64,000 bases of DNA from Chloroflexota bacterium (GTDB lineage Bacteria; Chloroflexota; Limnocylindria; Limnocylindrales; CSP1-4): positions 2,528 to 66,527 of the forward strand of contig JACPOU010000012.1 in assembly GCA_016191345.1 (NCBI GenBank), read 5' to 3'. Position numbers and translations under genes: made by a program. Shown piece by piece: positions 37,940 through 46,431 of the stretch; position 1 is the first letter of the stretch; every line of letters begins with the position of its first letter. The notes under the pieces were generated by a model. The model had not been told where the DNA came from, did no database searches, and worked only from the letters and a program-made list of their open reading frames with translations.

Positions 37940-38164
37940 GTCGTATTCCTGATTCCGGCCGGTGCTCGCGGCTTTCGGAACGTCACGCCTGTCGCCGTCA
38001 TACGAACACGGCACGCTCGGAGCCTGCCGACCGCGGCCGGCTCGCCCGTTGAGGGCCTTGGCGGCGTACCTCGCCAGTCGGGCCCGCCGGATCCCGCCTC
38101 GTATGACGTCGACGGGCATCGCGGGCAAGATGCTCCCCGAAGTCCCCGGATTCGGGAATACGAC
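37940..38164. repeat. Inverted pair of 65-nt units forming a 225-nt rod-like hairpin (candidate ncRNA or REP/MITE-like element)
   Basis: 37941-38005 and the reverse complement of 38099-38163 are both 65 nt and share their ends (tcgtattcc.ga.tccgg ... gcc.gtcg.cgtcatacga). Confidence 0.7.
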
Positions 38165-38181
38165 CGCTGGCAACCGGGCAC

Positions 38182-38271
38182 CCGGCCGCCGCCAACCGGC
38201 CGCCGCCAACCGGCCGCCGCCAACCGGCCGCCGCCAACCGGCCGGCGCCGTCCCGAACCGGCCGCCGCCAA
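38182..38271. repeat. 14-bp tandem repeat (ccggccgccgccaa), 5 copies with one 20-bp variant unit
   Basis: Units start at 38182, 38196, 38210, 38224 and 38258; the variant ccggccggcgccgtcccgaa is at 38238-38257. Confidence 0.9.
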
Positions 38272-38290
38272 CCGTCCCCCAGCGCGAGCC

Positions 38291-39586
38291 CTATCCTCCC
38301 TCGCCGTGGTGGTGCTGCTTCACCGCACGGCCAAGTTCACGAGTCAGGTCGGACAGCGGAACGAGCCGCTGCGTTCCCGCCTTGAGGTCGCGGAGGCCGA
38401 CCTGGCCTTCCTGAAGCTCGTCGCCGACGATGACGGCGAAGTGGGCGCCGTCGCGGTCGGCGGCCTCGAGCTGGCGGCCAAGCCTTCGGCGGCCGAGGTC
38501 CGCCCGCGTCCGGAGGCCCGCCGCCCGCAGCCCCGTCGCGATCCGGAGCCGCTCGACCGACGCCCCCGGATCAGTGAAGACCACGACGGCATCGAGCGGA
38601 ACCCCGTCCTCGGGCGCCGGCGACTGCTCCCCGAGCACGAGGGCCACCCGGTCGAGGCCCAGCCCGAACCCGATGCCCGGCGTCGGCTTGCCGCCGAGCA
38701 GCTCCACGAGCCCGTCGTAGCGGCCACCGCCGCCCAGTGCCTGCTGCTGGCCCTCGCGGCCGGCCACGTAGTACTCGAAGGCTGTCCGGGTGTAGTAGTC
38801 GAGGCCGCGGACCAGGCCGGGCGAGACGCGGTACGGGACGCCGATGGCATCGAGGTGGGCGCGCACGGCGCCGAAGTGCGCCTCGCACGTCGCGCACAGG
38901 TGGTCGGTGATCCGGGGCGCATCCGCATTGATCACCGCCATCGAAGGGTGCTTCGAGTCGAGGAGGCGGAGCGCATTCCGCTCGAGGCGATCTGCCTCGG
39001 CCGGAGGCAGCGCGGCGAGATGGCCGCGGTAGTACGCGACGAGTGCCTCCAGGTACGCCGGCCGGCAGGCCTTGTCCCCGATGGAATTGACGAGGACCTC
39101 GACCTCGGTGACCCCGACCTCCGAGTAGAACCGGTGCCCGAGCTCGATGATCTCCGCATCGATCGCGGGGCCGGGATCGCCGATCGCCTCGACGTCGAAC
39201 TGCCAGAACTGACGGTATCGACCGGCCTGGGGCCGGTCGTAGCGGAACATCGGCCCGATCATGGCCAGCCGCACGGGTTGCGGCCACGTCTGCATCCCAT
39301 GCTGGACATACGCTCGAACGATCCCGGCCGTCGGCTCCGGGCGGAGGGCCCACGCCTCCGCCTCCTCGGTCCGCCGCGCAATCCGGAAGAGCTCCTTCTC
39401 GACGACGTCGGTGACCTCGCCGATCCCCCGCTCGAAGACCGCGCTCTGCTCGAAGATGGGCGTCTCGATGGGCCGGTAGCCGTAGCGATCCGCCAGGTCG
39501 CGCGCGACCCGCCCAAAGCGCACGAATCGGGCGGCCTCGTTCGGCAGCAGGTCGCGCGTACCTCGGGGGGCGCGGAAAGACGGCAT
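38291..39586 (-). CDS. hisS: Histidine--tRNA ligase
   Basis: PRGTRD, LRPEPTAG, FRYDRPQAGRYRQFWQ, VRGLDYY and GGGRYDGL. Confidence 0.96.
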   Translation of the reverse strand: MPSFRAPRGTRDLLPNEAARFVRFGRVARDLADRYGYRPIETPIFEQSAVFERGIGEVTDVVEKELFRIARRTEEAEAWALRPEPTAGIVRAYVQHGMQTWPQPVRLAMIGPMFRYDRPQAGRYRQFWQFDVEAIGDPGPAIDAEIIELGHRFYSEVGVTEVEVLVNSIGDKACRPAYLEALVAYYRGHLAALPPAEADRLERNALRLLDSKHPSMAVINADAPRITDHLCATCEAHFGAVRAHLDAIGVPYRVSPGLVRGLDYYTRTAFEYYVAGREGQQQALGGGGRYDGLVELLGGKPTPGIGFGLGLDRVALVLGEQSPAPEDGVPLDAVVVFTDPGASVERLRIATGLRAAGLRTRADLGRRRLGRQLEAADRDGAHFAVIVGDELQEGQVGLRDLKAGTQRLVPLSDLTRELGRAVKQHHHGEGG

Positions 39587-39599
39587 TGCCAGTGAGTCT

Positions 39600-39627
39600 A
39601 CCGGCCGGCGCCGTCCCGAACCGGCCG
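39600..39627. repeat. 28-bp hairpin repeat identical to 38237-38264
   Basis: accggccggcgccgtcccgaaccggccg occurs on both sides of hisS. Confidence 0.8.
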
Positions 39628-39713
39628 GGTGATCCCCGACCGGAGGACGTTCTGTCAGCGCTCCACGGTGGGTCTGCTCGGGTGGCGACCCCGCCCTCTG
39701 CCTCGCGCCCGCG

Positions 39714-40088
39714 TCAGGCGGCGAGGACCGGGACCCCGTAGTCCCGCATCCGGCGGTCGCTCGTCGCGATCGTCAGGCCCTCAGCGATCGCCTGCGCGAC
39801 GATGACCCGATCGAACGGGTCCTCGTGGAGTCGAGGCAAGGAACCCGCGAGCCAGCCGTGCTCGGGGGTCACGGACAGGGCCTCGAATCCCGCCTGGGCG
39901 ACGCGATCCATGAGGTCGTCAGGGACGGAGAGCCTGCCCTTCGCGCGCTTGATCGCGATCTCCCAGACCGATGCGGCCGAGACATGCACGAGGTCCGCGG
40001 CCAGGATCGCCTCTCGGACGTGGGCCCCGAGGCGAATATCGTCGGCCATGGCCCAGATCAGGACCTGGCTGTCAAGCAGCAGCCTCAT
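39714..40088 (-). CDS. vapC: Type II TA toxin, VapC (PIN domain)
   Basis: MRLLLDSQVLIW, SAASVWEIAIK, HEDPFDR.IVAQA and TSD. Confidence 0.92.
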   Translation of the reverse strand: MRLLLDSQVLIWAMADDIRLGAHVREAILAADLVHVSAASVWEIAIKRAKGRLSVPDDLMDRVAQAGFEALSVTPEHGWLAGSLPRLHEDPFDRVIVAQAIAEGLTIATSDRRMRDYGVPVLAA

Positions 40089-40345
40089 CGGAGCGGATCG
40101 TTGGGATCTTCGCGATAGAAGTCGGCCGCAATCTCCTCGTTGTCGGCGTCGAAGTCGCCGTGGACGACGATCTGACTCTTGAGCAGGCCGAGGATCCGCT
40201 TGCGCCGCTCGGGTGTGTACGGGACCAGCTTTGCGACAGGCTTGCCCGCCCGCCCGATGACGATCTCCTCCCCGGCCTCCGCCCGTTCGATGAGCCGCGA
40301 CAGGTTGGTCTTGGCGGCGTGGACGTTGACGACCTCGATTGACAT
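40085..40345 (-). CDS. Type II TA antitoxin, Phd/YefM family
   Basis: VNVHAAKTNLSRLIERAEAGEEIVIGRAGKPVAKLVP; ATGA overlap with vapC. Confidence 0.92.
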   Translation of the reverse strand: MSIEVVNVHAAKTNLSRLIERAEAGEEIVIGRAGKPVAKLVPYTPERRKRILGLLKSQIVVHGDFDADNEEIAADFYREDPNDPLR

Positions 40346-40351
40346 GGACTA

Positions 40352-40379
40352 ACTGTAGCTAAGTATGCCGCCGTGTCAA
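40352..40379 (-). promoter_or_regulatory. Sigma70-type promoter of the TA operon (leaderless)
   Basis: The minus strand reads TTGACA-N16-TACAGT-N6-ATG. Confidence 0.7.
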
Positions 40380-40596
40380 TGCCGCCGTCCCCCCAATCAC
40401 GGTTTGGACCAACGACAACTTCCGAACATCGAGTCGGTTCCCTCTCCCGACCTGCGGCACCAGAGACACCTACTATCAGTCGAACAACGCCTGTGGCGAT
40501 GCCGACGGCCGCATCGGCGGCAGCGTTAACACGTGGGTCACCAGCGGCTGCGCGTTCCTGCTCTCGTATACGGCGTTTGCCAGCCCGGGAGGATAG
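40363..40596 (+). pseudogene. 5'-truncated remnant of a probable secreted protein
   Basis: Open frame with no start codon: ...ITVWTNDNFRTSSRFPLPTCGTRDTYYQSNNACGDADGRIGGSVNTWVTSGCAFLLSYTAFASPGG*. Lower GC than the flanks. Confidence 0.4.
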
Positions 40597-40604
40597 CTGA
40601 GATC

Positions 40605-41306
40605 GTGGACCGCGTCCTGGGCCTCCTTCCGTGGGTTCTCGCCTTCGTCGCGGTCGTCGCCTTTCCGCTCCTCCTCGGGCCCGTCGGCTTCGCCTACAGC
40701 CTCCTCTGGTCGACTGCGCTTGTCCTTGTCCGGAGGATCGCGGGAGATGATCGCGAGCGGCGCCTCGCTAGCGACGCGTTGGCCGCGGTCGGGTGCTTCC
40801 TCGGGGCATACCTGGGAGGCTGGTACCTGCTTCCCTCTGTTGCCGCATTCGCGATACTCGATCTCAGGGGCCCACGCGTCCTGAAAGCGCCGAGCAGCAG
40901 GGACCTGGCGTTCACGACGGGCATCGGCTCGGCCGTTGCCGGAATACTGGCCGCTTCCCTCCTCGTTCTTGGGAGGCTGTACGCGACCGCGACATCGATC
41001 GCGGGCCAGGACGGGGCGCGGGACACCATTGCGAGCAACGAGACGTTCCTTGAGGTAACTGGTGCGGCCGGCTTCGCGGTCGTTGCGGTTCTTGTCTCCT
41101 GCTCTGTCGCCATGCTCTTCGGCACCGCGGCTCACCGAGCACGCCGCGGGATCGCGCGGCCTCTCTTCGTGCTGGGTGCTCTCGGGTTCTCGCTCGTCGC
41201 GGTCCCCGGGGCTCTGAGCGTCGGGCTCTACGTCGCCCCCGCCGCCTTCCTCGCGTGGGTCGCAACGGTCGCGTCCTGGCGACCCGTCCGAGGACCCAGC
41301 GCCTGA
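40605..41306 (+). CDS. Hypothetical multi-pass membrane protein
   Basis: About 7-8 hydrophobic segments; GGAGG RBS before the GTG at 40605; lower GC. Confidence 0.65.
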   Translation: MDRVLGLLPWVLAFVAVVAFPLLLGPVGFAYSLLWSTALVLVRRIAGDDRERRLASDALAAVGCFLGAYLGGWYLLPSVAAFAILDLRGPRVLKAPSSRDLAFTTGIGSAVAGILAASLLVLGRLYATATSIAGQDGARDTIASNETFLEVTGAAGFAVVAVLVSCSVAMLFGTAAHRARRGIARPLFVLGALGFSLVAVPGALSVGLYVAPAAFLAWVATVASWRPVRGPSA

Positions 41307-41362
41307 GCACCACGGACGTCGTCTCGGGTGCGCGTGCCTCGCTCGCGCGACGGCAGGGAGGC

Positions 41363-43624
41363 TCAGCCGAGGTCGCGCGACACGCTGATGACGTCCTTGA
41401 GACCCTCGATCCGGCCGAGGACACGGGCGAGCTGGCTCACCGACGCGACCTGGAGGGTGGCCCGGACGATCGCAACGTGGTCGGGTCCCACGGCCACGCT
41501 CGCCGACAGGATGTTGACCTTCGCCTCGGCCACGACCTGGGTGATGTCGCTGAGCAGGCCGGTCCGGTCGTACGCCTCGACCCGGATCGCGATCGGGTAG
41601 GTCTGGGCGGGCGCGGCCTCCCACTCGACCTCGATCAGCCGCGTCACCTCGCGCTCGTTGATGACCGTCGGACAGCTCCGGAGGTGCACGGTGACGCCCT
41701 TGCCGCGGGTGATGAAGCCCTGGATCGGGTCGCCCGGGATCGGATGGCAGCAGCGGGCGAAGCGGACGAGGAGGTCCCCCACCCCCTTGACCCGGACGCC
41801 GCCGGCCTTGGCGGGCTGGATCGGCGGCGCGGTGGTCGGCAGGGCCAGCTGCGCGTCGTCGACGACGCCGAGGCGCATGACGACCGACTGCGCCGAGACC
41901 GCGCCGTAGCCGACCGCGGCGAGGAAGTCGTCGAGGGTGTCGAAGTTCAGCTGCCGGGCGACCTCCATGACCCGCTCCTGGCCGAGCGTGGAGATCGAGG
42001 TCCGGGCAAGGCGGCGGAGCTCGCGATCCAGCGACTCGCGCCCGTGGACGATGTTCTCGTCCCGTTCCTGGCGCTTGAACCATTGCCGGATCTTCTCCCG
42101 GGCATGGCTCGTCCGGACGAGGTTCAGCCAGTCGCGCGAGGGGCCGTGCTCCGCCTTCGTGGTCACGATCTCGACGATGTCGCCGTTCTTCAGCCGGTAG
42201 TCGAGCGGGACAAGACGGTTGTTCACCTTTGCCCCGATCGTCCGGTGGCCGACGTCGGTGTGGATCCGGTACGCGAAGTCGAGCGGCGTCGCCTGCGACG
42301 GCAGGTCCTTGATCTCGCCCTTCGGGGTGAAGACGAAAACCTGGTCCTGGAAGATGTCGAGCTTGATGCCCTCGACGAACTCGGTCGCGTCGCTGACGTC
42401 GCGCTGCCAGTCCATGAGCTGGCGCAGCCAGGCGAGCTTGGCGTCGTAGTCGCGATCCGACTTCGTGCCCTCCTTGTAGCGCCAGTGAGCCGCGATGCCG
42501 ACCTCGGAGACGGCATGCATGGCCTGGGTCCGGATCTGGATCTCGAGGGGCTTGCCGTCGAGGGCGATGACCGCGGTGTGGAGCGACTGGTAGAGGTTGT
42601 TCTTGGGGACGGCGATGTAGTCGTCGAACTGGCCGGGGATCGGGCGCCACAGCGAGTGGACGATTCCGAGCGCGGCGTAGCAGTCGCGGAGGTCCTCGAC
42701 GAGGATGCGGATGGCGTAGACGTCGTAGATCTCGCCGAACTCCGCGCTCTTTCGCTGCATCTTCTTCCAGATGCTGTAGAGGTGCTTCGGGCGGCCCTGG
42801 AGGTCGGCCTTGATGCCCGCCTCCTCGAGGCGCGGCTCCAGCTCGGCGATGGCGCGCTCGATGTACGTCTCGCGGCCCTTCCGCCGCGTGTCGAGGAGCT
42901 TCGCGAGCTCGCGGAACCGCCCCGGCTCCAGGACCTTGAAGGCGAGGTCCTCCAGCTCCCACTTGACCTGCCAGATCCCGAGCCGCTCCGCGAGCGGGGC
43001 ATAGATCTCCAGCGTCTGGCGGGCGATGCGGACCTGCTTCTCGAGGGGCAGCGCCTGGAGCGTCCGCATGTTGTGGAGCCGGTCGGCCAGCTTGATGAGG
43101 ACGACCCGGATGTCCTGGGCCATCGCCAGGAACATCTTCCGGATGTTCTCGGCCTGCTGCTGCTCGTGGGTCAGGGTGCTGAACCGGCCGAGCTTGGTGA
43201 CTCCGTCGACGAGCTGGGTGACCTCCTGGCCGAAGCGCTCCTCGATGTCGGACAGCGCGAGCTCCGTGTCCTCCGGGACGTCGTGGAGGACGGCGGCCTG
43301 GATCGCCACCGGGTCGATCCCGAGCTCGGCGAGGATCTCCGCCGCGGCGATCGGATGGGTGACGTACGGCTCGCCCGAGGCGCGGCGCGGGTCGCCGTGG
43401 GCCTCGATCGCGGTCGCGACCGCGCGCTCCACGTCGGCGAGGTCCGCGTGCGGGTAGTGCACGCGGATCGCGCTGAGGAGGCGGGCCGTGAGCGTCTCGA
43501 CCGAGGGAACGTCGGATGTCGGCCGGGCCCTCGAGAGCGCGGTGCCGCCGGCCCGCCGGGCCCGTGACGGTGGCACGGGCGTCCGGGTGGCGGCGGCATC
43601 GGCACGAGTCCGGGGAGCGACCAT
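41363..43624 (-). CDS. rel: Bifunctional (p)ppGpp synthetase/hydrolase Rel
   Basis: SGEPYVTHP, LHDVPED, KLADRLHNMRTL, YQSLHT, EIQIRT, AAHWRYKE, TGS domain (FTPKG), CCHPIPGD and ACT domain (DRTGLLSDI). Confidence 0.96.
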   Translation of the reverse strand: MVAPRTRADAAATRTPVPPSRARRAGGTALSRARPTSDVPSVETLTARLLSAIRVHYPHADLADVERAVATAIEAHGDPRRASGEPYVTHPIAAAEILAELGIDPVAIQAAVLHDVPEDTELALSDIEERFGQEVTQLVDGVTKLGRFSTLTHEQQQAENIRKMFLAMAQDIRVVLIKLADRLHNMRTLQALPLEKQVRIARQTLEIYAPLAERLGIWQVKWELEDLAFKVLEPGRFRELAKLLDTRRKGRETYIERAIAELEPRLEEAGIKADLQGRPKHLYSIWKKMQRKSAEFGEIYDVYAIRILVEDLRDCYAALGIVHSLWRPIPGQFDDYIAVPKNNLYQSLHTAVIALDGKPLEIQIRTQAMHAVSEVGIAAHWRYKEGTKSDRDYDAKLAWLRQLMDWQRDVSDATEFVEGIKLDIFQDQVFVFTPKGEIKDLPSQATPLDFAYRIHTDVGHRTIGAKVNNRLVPLDYRLKNGDIVEIVTTKAEHGPSRDWLNLVRTSHAREKIRQWFKRQERDENIVHGRESLDRELRRLARTSISTLGQERVMEVARQLNFDTLDDFLAAVGYGAVSAQSVVMRLGVVDDAQLALPTTAPPIQPAKAGGVRVKGVGDLLVRFARCCHPIPGDPIQGFITRGKGVTVHLRSCPTVINEREVTRLIEVEWEAAPAQTYPIAIRVEAYDRTGLLSDITQVVAEAKVNILSASVAVGPDHVAIVRATLQVASVSQLARVLGRIEGLKDVISVSRDLG

Positions 43625-43675
43625 CGTGCGGGGAAGTCTAGCAGCGGCCCCCTGCGTGCCCGATGCCTCGCGTGC

Positions 43676-45325
43676 TCAGCGTGATCGGCGCGGCCCTGGG
43701 ACTGCCGGCACCCCGGCGTCGTCCCAGCCGAGCGCGGCCAGGGCCGCGAACGCCTCCTCGCGCTCGTTCCACGGCTCGGCGCGGTCGGCGTGGAGGATCG
43801 TCGGCTCGTGGCCCTTGCCCGCGAGCAGGACGACGTCACTGGGACGCGCGGCCTCGAGGGCCGTGCGGATCGCCAGGCGCCGATCGACGATGAGCAGGAG
43901 GTCCTCGCCTTCGCGTCGCCCGGCCGCGACCGCGCCGGCCGCGATCTCGCGGAGGATCGCCTCGCGGTCCTCGCCGCGTGGGTCCTCGTCCGTGAGGACG
44001 ACGAGCCGGCAGCGCTCCCCCGCGACGCGGCCCATCATCGGTCGCTTCTCGCGGTCCCGCTCCCCCGCCGATCCGAACACGACGATGACCCCGCCGCCCG
44101 CGGCCCTGGCCGCCGCGCCGAGCTCGTCGAGGACGACGCGCAGCGATGCCGGGCTGTGGGCGTAATCGACGACGACGCTGAACGGCTGGCCGGCCTCGAG
44201 ACGCTCCATCCGCCCGGGGACGCCCGCGAGGCCCTCGAGGCCGGCCCGGACCCGCGCCGGGTCGAGGTCGAACGCCTCGCCGAGGGCCACGATCGCGAGG
44301 GCGTTCCAGGCGTTGAACCGGCCCGCGAGCCGGAGCCGCACCTCCGCGGCCCCGGACGGCGCGTCATAGGCGACCCGGAGGCGGCCGTCCTCCTCCGCCA
44401 CGGACCGGATCCGCACGTCGGCCCCGGCCGCCTCGCCGTAGGTGAGGAGGCGCGCCCCGGCCTCGCGGGTCGCCGCGGCGAAGACCGGACCGGCCGGATC
44501 GTCCGCGTTCACGATCCCGGCCCGCGGCCACGCCAGGCCAGGCTTCGGCGGATTCGAGGAACCGCTCGCGAGCCGCTCGAACAGCGAGCGCTTCGCCGCG
44601 CGATAGGCCTCGAACGAGCCGTGGAACTCGAGATGCTCATGGCTGAGGTTCGTGAAGATCGCCGCGTCGTAGCCGATCCCGCCGACCCGCTCGAGGGCGA
44701 GCGCGTGCGACGTCGTCTCGACGACGGCCACGCGATCGCCCGCGGCGACCATCGCCCGGAGGGCGGCCTGGAGCTGGGGCGCGGCGGGCGTCGTGGCGTG
44801 CTCCACGTTGACCTCCCGGACGCCGCCGATCTGGGTCGCGACGGTCCCCAGGAGCCCCGCCGGCACGCCGGCCGCTCCCAGCGCGGCGGCGGCGAGGAAC
44901 GAGGTCGAGGTCTTGCCGTCCGTGCCGGTGATCCCCACCACGCCGAGCTCGCGCGATGGGTCGCCGTACCACCAGGCCGCGGCCTCGGCGAGCGCGAGCT
45001 GGCTCCGGTCGACGACGACCTGGACGACCCGCGACGGGAGGTCCGGGAGGCGCCGCTCCACGACGATCGCGGCCGCGCCGCGCGTGGCCGCGTCGGCCGC
45101 AAAGCGGTGGCCGTCGACGTGCGCACCGGGAATCGCGACGAAGACCCCGCCGGGCCGGACGGCCCGCGAATCCTCCGTGACGCCGCCCCGGATCTTCGTC
45201 GCCAGATACCGGCCGGCCGGGTCCGACCGGAGCCGTCCGGCGACACGCAGCCGCTCCACCAGCCCGCTGAGCGGTCGGGGCGTCCGCGGCTCGGCGGCGG
45301 CGAGAAGCTCGGTGAGCGTCGTCAT
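43676..45325 (-). CDS. murE: UDP-MurNAc-dipeptide--diamino acid ligase MurE
   Basis: GITGTDGKTST, TTP, ETTSHAL, FTNLSHEHLEFHG, VDYAHSP, DEDPR and AGKGHE. Confidence 0.93.
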   Translation of the reverse strand: MTTLTELLAAAEPRTPRPLSGLVERLRVAGRLRSDPAGRYLATKIRGGVTEDSRAVRPGGVFVAIPGAHVDGHRFAADAATRGAAAIVVERRLPDLPSRVVQVVVDRSQLALAEAAAWWYGDPSRELGVVGITGTDGKTSTSFLAAAALGAAGVPAGLLGTVATQIGGVREVNVEHATTPAAPQLQAALRAMVAAGDRVAVVETTSHALALERVGGIGYDAAIFTNLSHEHLEFHGSFEAYRAAKRSLFERLASGSSNPPKPGLAWPRAGIVNADDPAGPVFAAATREAGARLLTYGEAAGADVRIRSVAEEDGRLRVAYDAPSGAAEVRLRLAGRFNAWNALAIVALGEAFDLDPARVRAGLEGLAGVPGRMERLEAGQPFSVVVDYAHSPASLRVVLDELGAAARAAGGGVIVVFGSAGERDREKRPMMGRVAGERCRLVVLTDEDPRGEDREAILREIAAGAVAAGRREGEDLLLIVDRRLAIRTALEAARPSDVVLLAGKGHEPTILHADRAEPWNEREEAFAALAALGWDDAGVPAVPGPRRSR

Positions 45326-46431
45326 CGCGAGCCCGGCATGCGAACGAGCCGCGCGGCCCGGGCGACGACGCGCCCGATCGCGTACCGGCGCGGCCGGATG
45401 ACCCGCTCATGGGCGCCGGTCATGTCAACCCACGTCGCGCCGAACGAGCGCTTGTGCTCATAGAGTCCGAACATCGGTTCCCCCTCGACCGGCTCGCGGC
45501 GGGCTCCCGGCAGGTCCGCTCCACCGAGGTCCATCTCCGCGCATCCCTCGCGGATCGCGAGCTGGATCGCCCGCCAGCGGAGGAGGTGGAGGGCGCCGGG
45601 GTGCTCGCGACGCTGCGACGCGTGGTCGCCCGAGTGGACGGTGCTGAGGCGCCCGCCGTGCCGGTACAGGACCAGCCCGGCGAGCGGCGCGCCGTCGGCG
45701 GACCGTGCCTCGAGGTAGACGAGCCAGCCGGCCGCGAACGCGGCGCGCCACCAGCCGACGAACGAGGCGCGCGGGCCGAACGTGAACTCGCGGCGCTCGC
45801 CGGTCTCGAGCAGGAGGTCGTAGAAACGGTCGAGGGCGTCAGCGGAGGGCTCGTCGGGAACGGCAAAGCCATCGCCGGGCGGCGCGTCCGGCTCCAGCGT
45901 GCCATCGTGGCGGACGACGGCGATCCCGGAGCGCTCCGCGGCCCGGACCCGCTGCCGGGTGGCCTTCGCCAGGCCGGCCATGGCCGCTTCCTCGTCCACG
46001 CCGCGGCCGAGCTGGAGCGAGAGGTGATGCCGGGACGGCTGGATCTCCTCGATCGCGTGGAATCCCGCGGCCCGGATCCGGTGGCCGTACCCCGTTGCCG
46101 CCGGGACCTCCGCGTCCGTCGCGACGACATCGATGCCGCGGCCGGCGAGCCACCCCGTGAACCCCTCGAGCCGGGCAGCCATGGCGGCCGCGTCCCCGGC
46201 CGGGATCGGTCCACGGGGCAGGTAGGCGCTGCCGCCTCCGATGATGGGCCACGGCCGCTCCAGGGCGAGGACGGCCGACCCATCGTCAGCCACGAGATGG
46301 TGCGGGCGCCAGCCCGCCGCCGCCCGATGCCGGGCCCAGGCCATGGACTGGTAGACGTGGCCGCCGCCGGGACGCACCACCAGGTCGTCCCAGACCTCGA
46401 GCTCCCGGGCGTTGGCCGGCCGGACCGGCAT
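45322..46431 (-). CDS. FemABX-family (GNAT) peptidoglycan bridge peptidyltransferase
   Basis: HVYQS.AWA, YLPRGP, LLRWRAI, MDLGG and GLYEHKRSFG. Start ATG 46431. Confidence 0.8.
   Translation of the reverse strand: MPVRPANARELEVWDDLVVRPGGGHVYQSMAWARHRAAAGWRPHHLVADDGSAVLALERPWPIIGGGSAYLPRGPIPAGDAAAMAARLEGFTGWLAGRGIDVVATDAEVPAATGYGHRIRAAGFHAIEEIQPSRHHLSLQLGRGVDEEAAMAGLAKATRQRVRAAERSGIAVVRHDGTLEPDAPPGDGFAVPDEPSADALDRFYDLLLETGERREFTFGPRASFVGWWRAAFAAGWLVYLEARSADGAPLAGLVLYRHGGRLSTVHSGDHASQRREHPGALHLLRWRAIQLAIREGCAEMDLGGADLPGARREPVEGEPMFGLYEHKRSFGATWVDMTGAHERVIRPRRYAIGRVVARAARLVRMPGSR

Noticed and set aside
38182-38271. Possible CRISPR array
   Set aside because: The repeats are contiguous 14-mers without unique spacers, and there are no cas genes.
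37787-38290. T-box riboswitch upstream of aspS
   Set aside because: No T-box consensus (GGTGGNACCGCG) on the minus strand, and aspS has its own -10 element 10 nt from the ATG.
35741-39595. 1284-aa plus-strand ORF
   Set aside because: Antisense shadow of aspS and hisS; long stop-free opposite frames are expected at this GC content, and it has no motifs.
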